Positions 5,405 to 9,853 of a stretch of 9,853 nt of DNA are shown in pieces. Each line of letters opens with the position of its first letter. Positions within the stretch are counted from its first letter, which is position 1. A program made the position numbers and the translations under genes. Source of the DNA: Nanobdellota archaeon (GTDB lineage Archaea > Nanobdellota > Nanobdellia > SCGC-AAA011-G17 > VGLX01). The notes beneath the pieces were generated by a model, which saw only the letters and a program-made list of their open reading frames with translations, was not told the DNA's origin and ran no database searches. Where the stretch lies: assembly GCA_030691925.1 (NCBI GenBank), contig JAUYDG010000118.1, positions 1 to 9,853 on the forward strand. The letters are read 5' to 3'.

Positions 5405-5806
5405 ATGATGCAAGGCGATATTAAGAAAAGAGAGGGTGTTGAGAAGGGCAGAAGCGCTTTCAAGAAAGTTTTTGAGCTGGTAGTTTTTTCCCTCCTCTTG
5501 GCGTTGCTCATCGCTCCAGGTCTTTTTTACACGGATGTTATCGCCCATGAGTTTTATCATTATCTAAAGCACCAGGATGTTGCTGAGGAGATATGCATAG
5601 ACCTCAACAAGCCTTACCTCGGCCATGTTAAGATAAGATTTGACAGCGAGGACCAGCTGTTGAAGTATGAGTCTGAGCAGCAAAGCAAGGAAGAGAAGAA
5701 CGCTGACCTGTTCGGCCATGTGGCTTCTGCTATCTACCTCGTTAACGCTTTGGTTGTTGTCCATTGGATGCTTTGGCTTGTAACACGAAGGAATAGAGGG
5801 CAATGA
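5405..5806 (+). CDS. Small two-TM membrane protein with HExxH and ExxAD motifs, a putative minimal gluzincin (M48/M56-like) metallopeptidase
   Basis: The 133-aa ORF has an N-terminal TM helix (VFELVVFSLLLALLIAPGLFY) followed directly by AHEFYH (H48-E49-x-x-H52). EKNAD (E97-x-x-A100-D101) sits just before a C-terminal TM helix (VASAIYLVNALVVVHWMLWLV). An in-frame stop at 5378-5380 fixes the start at 5405 or 5408. Its TGA overlaps the next ATG (ATGA at 5803-5806). Confidence 0.6.
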   Translation: MMQGDIKKREGVEKGRSAFKKVFELVVFSLLLALLIAPGLFYTDVIAHEFYHYLKHQDVAEEICIDLNKPYLGHVKIRFDSEDQLLKYESEQQSKEEKNADLFGHVASAIYLVNALVVVHWMLWLVTRRNRGQ

Positions 5807-6435
5807 GCTTGATATGTTTTGACTTGGATAACACCCTTGTCGATTCTGACAGGCTGCACATTCTTGCTTTCAAGAAGGCTTTCCAGGATTATAACCTCCC
5901 TAAAGTCAGGGATGCTGTTATAAGAGGCCTTCTCAGCATCACATCTGACCTTCTTGTTAAGAAAATTTTTCCTGAGCTTCCTAAAGGCGAAATAAGAAAA
6001 GTTGTTGAGAGCCATAACAAGTACATTGTTGCTTACGCTAAGGGCCTTGTCAAGCAGTTTCCTGGCGTTAAGCCCACGCTTATTAAGATCAAGGAGCGCC
6101 ACAGGCTGGGCATAGTCTCTAATTGCTCTCGCAAAGAGATAGTAGCGATATTGGGAAGCGCAGGCATAAGCATAGGCCTTTTTGACGTTGTAGTAAGCGA
6201 TGACAGGCTTAAGCATGGCAAGCCCTGGCCTGACGGGATTTTGAAGGCGGGAGGGCTGATGCAAAGCAAGGTGGATTACATGGTTGGTGACAGCCCTTAT
6301 GATGTCATGGCTGGAAAGAGGGCGGGATGTAAGACTGTTGCTGTTTTGACTGGTGATTTTAGCAGGGAAAGATTAAAAAAAGAGAAACCTGATTATATTA
6401 TTAATAGTCTGAAAGAATTGCTCGGGGTGGTATGA
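5803..6435 (+). CDS. HAD-IA superfamily phosphatase (phosphoglycolate phosphatase / PGP-like)
   Basis: The 210-aa ORF has all four HAD motifs: I CFDLDNTLVDS (DxDxT), II IVSN, III HGKPWPD and IV VGDSPYDVMAG. There is a cap-domain-sized insert between motifs I and II. Confidence 0.9.
   Translation: MSLICFDLDNTLVDSDRLHILAFKKAFQDYNLPKVRDAVIRGLLSITSDLLVKKIFPELPKGEIRKVVESHNKYIVAYAKGLVKQFPGVKPTLIKIKERHRLGIVSNCSRKEIVAILGSAGISIGLFDVVVSDDRLKHGKPWPDGILKAGGLMQSKVDYMVGDSPYDVMAGKRAGCKTVAVLTGDFSRERLKKEKPDYIINSLKELLGVV
6424..6430 (+). promoter_or_regulatory. Shine-Dalgarno-like GGGGTGG for rbcL
   Basis: It lies 5 nt upstream of the ATG at 6436, inside the 3' end of the HAD gene. It is complementary to the conserved 3' end of 16S rRNA (CCUCC/CACC region). 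Confidence 0.4.
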
Positions 6436-7743
6436 ATGGCAGAAGAGATCGAGTGGTATCATGAGTTCATAAACAAAAACTACAAGCCGAAAAAGGATGA
6501 TGTCAAAGTTTTGTTCTATTACGAGCCTGCCGAAGGGATAACCAACGAGGATGCTATCGGGAGGATTGCTAGCGAGAGCTCTTCCGGAACATGGACTACG
6601 CTGACAGAGCTGCCTAAGCTGCTGCCCAAGGTTAAGGCTTACGCTTACGAGTATGACAGCAATTATGTGAAGATTGCTTATCCGATAATCGACTTTGAGA
6701 AAGGTTCTGTGCCCTGCATGGTGAGTGCGATAGGCGGCAACATTTTTGGCATGAAAGCGTTGAACAACTTACGGCTTATCGATGCGGAACTTCCTTTAGA
6801 CTATATTAAAGATTTTAAAGGGCCTAACTACGGGGTTGACGTTATCAAGAGGATATTCAAGAGAAAATCTGGGCCTGTAACTTCAGTAGTCCCGAAGCCT
6901 AAGATAGGATATACCGCTGAAGAGCATGCGAAGAAAGTAGCTTACGCTGTCTGGAAGGGCGGAATAGACTGTGTTAAAGACGATGAAAACTTAACAAATC
7001 AAAGTTTCAATAAGTTTGAGCCGAGAGTAAAATTCTTAGCAAAGTATAGAGACAAGGCCATGAAAGAGACTGGTGAAGTGAAGGATGCCTTTATCAACGT
7101 TACTTCTTCTAACTTGAAGGAGTTGGAGAGAAGGGTCAAGCTGGTTCACGATTATGGATTTAAGTATTTCATGATTGACATGGTGGTTAGTGGTTTCACT
7201 GCTGTTGGAACTGCTGTCGAGTTAGCTTATGATTATGATATGGCCATACACGGTCATCGTGCAATGCATTCTATGTTCACTAGGAATCCTAAGCATGGTA
7301 TGACAATGCTTTTCCTTGCCAAACTTCTGCGTCTGATAGGCGTTGACCAGATACATACTGGCACTGGTGTTGGAAAGCTGGAAGGCTCTGCAGAGAGCAT
7401 AATGGCTATGGAAAAGATGCTTATGAACCAAGAAGTTGATAAAATCGAGAATGTTAGGATGCCTCAGAAGTGGGGTAAGATTAAGCCAGTACTACCAGTA
7501 TCTTCTGGAGGCTTGCATCCGGGTATAATTCCTGCTGTGTTTGATATTTATGGTACTACTAATATCGGGCTTCAAGTTGGCGGAGGTACGCTTGGGCATC
7601 CAGATGGCGCAGAGGCCGGGGCTAAGGCTGTTACGCAAGCTATCGAAGCATATAAACAAAAAATAAGTTTAGAGGAGTACGCTGAAAAGCATAAAGAATT
7701 GAAAAGGGCTTTAGAAAAGTGGGGTCATCTGAAGCCGATCTGA
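6436..7743 (+). CDS. rbcL: Ribulose-1,5-bisphosphate carboxylase/oxygenase large subunit, form III (archaeal type)
   Basis: The 435-aa ORF carries all the canonical catalytic and binding motifs: ASESSSGTWTT, GGNIFGM, VVPKPKIGY (K175/K177), GGIDCVKDDENL (carbamylated K201, D203, E204), AIHGHRAMH (H294/R295), VDQIHTGT (H327), GKLEG (K334), SSGGLHPG and GGGTLGHPDG. The C-terminus, HKELKRALEKWGH, is closely similar to the T. kodakarensis enzyme as I recall it. There is no small-subunit gene. Confidence 0.95.
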   Translation: MAEEIEWYHEFINKNYKPKKDDVKVLFYYEPAEGITNEDAIGRIASESSSGTWTTLTELPKLLPKVKAYAYEYDSNYVKIAYPIIDFEKGSVPCMVSAIGGNIFGMKALNNLRLIDAELPLDYIKDFKGPNYGVDVIKRIFKRKSGPVTSVVPKPKIGYTAEEHAKKVAYAVWKGGIDCVKDDENLTNQSFNKFEPRVKFLAKYRDKAMKETGEVKDAFINVTSSNLKELERRVKLVHDYGFKYFMIDMVVSGFTAVGTAVELAYDYDMAIHGHRAMHSMFTRNPKHGMTMLFLAKLLRLIGVDQIHTGTGVGKLEGSAESIMAMEKMLMNQEVDKIENVRMPQKWGKIKPVLPVSSGGLHPGIIPAVFDIYGTTNIGLQVGGGTLGHPDGAEAGAKAVTQAIEAYKQKISLEEYAEKHKELKRALEKWGHLKPI

Positions 7744-7755
7744 AAGCCATAACTT

Positions 7756-7763
7756 TTTTATAA
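7756..7763 (+). promoter_or_regulatory. TATA box (TTTTATAA) for the PHP gene. The T-run may also terminate the rbcL unit.
   Basis: It is centred about 26 nt upstream of the ATG at 7785, which implies a leaderless transcript. It begins 13 nt after the rbcL TGA and is part of a T6 run (7754-7759). Confidence 0.55.
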
Positions 7764-7784
7764 CTTTCTTGTCTATTATTTCCC

Positions 7785-8501
7785 ATGTTAAAGGCTGACT
7801 TTCATTCGCATACGAACTATGTGATACCCAAGAGGGATAGTAATCTTAGTCCTAAGCAGCTTATAGATTTTGTAGCTTCTAAAGGCTATGAGGTTTTGGC
7901 TATTACGGAGCATGCTTCTCTGAAATGCTTGTTAGGACGCATTGAGTATATTGATAATCCTTTGAGGACTTATTTTGATTTTAAGGATTATGCGAAGAAG
8001 AAAGGGGTACTTCTGATTCCAGGGGTTGAGACTTTTGTTGAGGGCAAAGAGGTTTTGCTGGTAAACTTTAAGGGCGATGCTAAGAAGGTCAGGACTTTTG
8101 CTGATGTTGAGAGTTTGAAGAAGGAAAACGTTTTGGTCATAGCGCCGCACCCTTTTTATGGTAAGCCTTCTTGTTTGAAAAAAAAGCTGGTGGAGCACAT
8201 TGATGTTTTTGATGCTATAGAGCACTGCCATTTTTACACCAGCTTTATCAACCCTAACAGGAAAGCTGTCGAGATTGCCAGGAGGTATAACAAGCCTTTG
8301 ATAGCCACTAGTGACGCTCACAATTTTAGCCAGATAGGCACAAATTTTTCATTGGTTGATGCTAAGAAGGATGTTGACAGCGTATTAGAGGCGGTCAGGA
8401 AAGGCAGGGTTGAAATAGTGACTGAGCCTTTGCCTCTTTGGAAGTTTTTAGGGATCGCTTCCTGGTCGGTTATGGCTGTTTTCAAGAAAAGGGTTATCTA
8501 G
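7785..8501 (+). CDS. PHP-domain metal-dependent phosphoesterase
   Basis: The 238-aa ORF has a complete set of PHP metal-ligand motifs: DFHSHT (HxH), LAITEH, PGVET, IAPHP and ATSDAH. The C-terminal 25 aa are hydrophobic/amphipathic (LPLWKFLGIASWSVMAVF). Confidence 0.9.
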   Translation: MLKADFHSHTNYVIPKRDSNLSPKQLIDFVASKGYEVLAITEHASLKCLLGRIEYIDNPLRTYFDFKDYAKKKGVLLIPGVETFVEGKEVLLVNFKGDAKKVRTFADVESLKKENVLVIAPHPFYGKPSCLKKKLVEHIDVFDAIEHCHFYTSFINPNRKAVEIARRYNKPLIATSDAHNFSQIGTNFSLVDAKKDVDSVLEAVRKGRVEIVTEPLPLWKFLGIASWSVMAVFKKRVI

Positions 8502-9853
8502 CCTTTGTAGTGCTTTCTTAGCATTTCCATTGCCAGCTTCCCGTCAAAGGATCCGCCGTATTTTTTTCTTATGTCCCCCATCAGGCCGCCGATAGGTGCT
8601 TTGGGGTTTTTTTCGACGAGCTCTTTTATGAATGATTCCAGTTCTTCTGCTGGTATCTGTTTATACTTTTCAAGGTTTATCTTTCTTCCTTGTGCTGCCT
8701 CTGCCAGGAGTTCTATGACTGCTTCTCTTGATATCTTCTCTCGGTTTAGTGCGTCTATGACTTCTTCGTAGTCTTCTTTTTTTATGCTTCCAGTGTCTAG
8801 CTTCAGCCTTGACCTTATTTCTTTTGGCGTTTCTACTAGTATTTGTGCTATCACGCTTGGTTTGAGGTTGTGGTATTTTTGCGCGTATTCTTTCAGCTCT
8901 ATCTCTTCCTGCACTATCTCTCTTGCCAGGTCTGCGTTTAGCCCGAACTGTTTTTCTATTTTTATCGCTTTTTCTGTCAGCAGCTCTGGCAGCTCTATCC
9001 TGTTGAGCCATTCTTTTGTTATTCTTATTGGTAAAACATCTGTTTCTGGGTACATTCTTGCTGATCCTGGCATCGGTCTCATGAAGCTTGTCGTTCCGTC
9101 TTCATTTGCTTTCCTGACTTCTGGTTTTACTTCCAGCTTCTGCTCTATGATGCTTCTTTGCCTTTCTATTTCTTTTAGTATGACTTTTGGTATCGCTCTT
9201 AGGTCTTGGAAGCCTTTTATTTCCACCCTTGCCCCTTCGGTTATGCTTAGGTTTATGTCTTGCCTTATGCTGCCTATTCCCCTTATGGCCCTTCCTGTGC
9301 TTCTGAGTATCATGCCGAGTGTTTGCGCAACTTCTTTTGCATGCTCCGGTGTTTTTATGTCTGCTTCTGTCTGTATCTCTATCAGTGGTATGCCTAGCCT
9401 GTCCAGGCGCCATATTCTTGATATTTTTTCCTCTTTGATGTTTTTTGCTGCTTCTTCTTCCAGGCAGATTGAGCCTATCTTTACGTTTCCTAGTGAGGTG
9501 TTTATGTAGCCGTCTTTTGCTATCAGAGCTGTTCTTTGGAATCCGGTGGTGTTGCTTCCGTCTACGACTGTTTTTCTCATGAAGTGGACTTCGTCTACGG
9601 CTTTTGCGTTTAAGAGCTTTGAGACTTGTAATGCTATCCCCAAAGCGTCCATGTTTAGAGGCCCTGGTGGCTCCTCGTCGAGCTCTACGTTGCATGTCGT
9701 GTCTGAGTATGCTTCATAGATGAACTCAAGGTTTTTGGCCATCTCGTGCTTTGCTGCTATGTCTATTTCTCCTGTTTCGCCTGCAACAGCCCTTAGCTTC
9801 CTTTTTATGATTATGTCCGGCTTGTCATCCCTTAAGACAGAGGGGCATTTGCA
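8498..9853 (-). CDS. gatE: Glutamyl-tRNA(Gln) amidotransferase subunit E (archaeal GatE). Its 5' end lies beyond the right edge.
   Basis: The track ORF starts at an internal Met (9742). The same frame stays open to 9853 and reads CKCPSVLRDDKPDIIIKRKLRAVAGETGEIDIAAKHE-MAKNLEF.... GatE hallmarks are CNVELDEEPP, RKTVVDGSNTTGFQRTALIA, LDRLGIPLIEI, GIGSIRQDINLSI and RVEIKGFQDL. A C-terminal GatB/YqeY-type tail (GGLMGDIRKKYGG) is also present. Confidence 0.95.
   Translation of the reverse strand, partial: CKCPSVLRDDKPDIIIKRKLRAVAGETGEIDIAAKHEMAKNLEFIYEAYSDTTCNVELDEEPPGPLNMDALGIALQVSKLLNAKAVDEVHFMRKTVVDGSNTTGFQRTALIAKDGYINTSLGNVKIGSICLEEEAAKNIKEEKISRIWRLDRLGIPLIEIQTEADIKTPEHAKEVAQTLGMILRSTGRAIRGIGSIRQDINLSITEGARVEIKGFQDLRAIPKVILKEIERQRSIIEQKLEVKPEVRKANEDGTTSFMRPMPGSARMYPETDVLPIRITKEWLNRIELPELLTEKAIKIEKQFGLNADLAREIVQEEIELKEYAQKYHNLKPSVIAQILVETPKEIRSRLKLDTGSIKKEDYEEVIDALNREKISREAVIELLAEAAQGRKINLEKYKQIPAEELESFIKELVEKNPKAPIGGLMGDIRKKYGGSFDGKLAMEMLRKHYKG

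Noticed and set aside
5734-6264. A 176-aa minus-strand ORF antisense to the HAD gene. Antisense ORFs also occur at 4562..4834, 4973..5263, 5055..5354, 5564..5803, 6033..6269, 7222..7431 and 7932..8321.
   Set aside because: Each overlaps a plus-strand gene that carries complete, recognisable catalytic motifs. None has a motif or start context of its own.
6436-7743. The possibility that the RuBisCO homolog is a form IV RuBisCO-like protein (for example methionine-salvage enolase) paired with an MtnA-type isomerase.
   Set aside because: The carbamylated Lys motif KDDE, PKPK, HGHRAMH, GKLEG, SSGGLHPG and GGGTLGHPDG are all intact, whereas RLPs lose several of these. The overall similarity to the T. 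kodakarensis form III enzyme is high by eye. MtnA identity for 4518..5348 cannot be fully excluded without a phylogeny.
9102-9695. A 197-aa minus-strand ORF rich in R/K/H/S. Similar ORFs occur at 8670..9011, 1308..1556, 1964..2296, 2399..2605, 2654..2875, 3191..3388, 3659..3883 and 575..781.
   Set aside because: These are alternative frames of the same strand as real genes (gatE, the paralog pair, the SpoIIM-like gene and others). Their basic low-complexity composition is the signature of an off-frame reading of A/G-rich codons.
8498-9853. GatB (bacterial-type amidotransferase B subunit) instead of GatE, which would permit a bacterial (for example CPR) origin for the contig.
   Set aside because: The sequence has GatE-specific blocks (VDGSNTTGFQRTALIA, LDRLGIPLIEI, RQDINLSI...VEIKGFQDL). 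It lacks the GatB YFYPDLPKGYQISQ block. The TATA-at-minus-26 leaderless promoters also argue for an archaeon.
1-9853. CRISPR arrays, tRNA/rRNA genes, IS elements, integrases, prophage or toxin-antitoxin modules.
   Set aside because: I saw no regularly spaced repeats beyond one 13-nt pair, no tRNA-like T-arm signatures in the short spacers, and no transposase or integrase-like ORF. The spacers are too short (84 nt or less, apart from 496..693) to hide such elements.
1-9853. Strong strand compositional asymmetry: the plus strand is pyrimidine-rich over 1..4436 and 8498..9853, and purine-rich over 4518..8501.
   Set aside because: It tracks gene orientation exactly, reflecting purine-rich K/E/G/R codons on every coding strand. 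It is therefore a coding-bias effect and not a replication origin/terminus or an independent signal.

Overview
The window is compact, almost fully coding and moderately AT-rich. It reads as archaeal on three grounds. GatE is present (archaea-specific tRNA-dependent amidotransferase subunit). A canonical form III RuBisCO is present. AT-rich TATA-like 8-mers are centred about 26 nt upstream of the ATG of most first genes, which implies leaderless mRNAs. A small-genome, DPANN-like lineage is plausible but cannot be established from sequence alone.

There are three transcription blocks:
- Minus strand, 1..4436: a partial GXGXG beta-helix protein, two tandem paralogous single-pass membrane proteins, a SpoIIM-like membrane protein, a signal-peptide beta-barrel resembling bacterial lipid A deacylase PagL, and a translationally coupled pair of ArnE/ArnF-like half-size DMT transporters.
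- Plus strand, 4518..8501: ribose-1,5-bisphosphate isomerase (e2b2 family), a 133-aa two-TM protein with HExxH plus ExxAD motifs, a HAD-IA phosphatase, form III RuBisCO and a PHP phosphoesterase.
- Minus strand, 8498..9853: gatE, with its 5' end off the window.

I could recognise no rRNA or tRNA, CRISPR array, transposase or integrase.

The most interesting observations are:
- The RuBisCO nucleotide-salvage cluster is expanded by two phosphoesterases and a mini metalloprotease-like membrane protein.
- A bacterial outer-membrane-type PagL-like gene sits next to ArnE/F-like genes in an archaeal context, and a possible frameshift at its 3' end truncates the last barrel strand.
- An unassigned tandem pair of surface-protein paralogs shares a conserved Cys-containing C-terminal module.

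All functional calls rest on hand translation and remembered family motifs. No searches were run.
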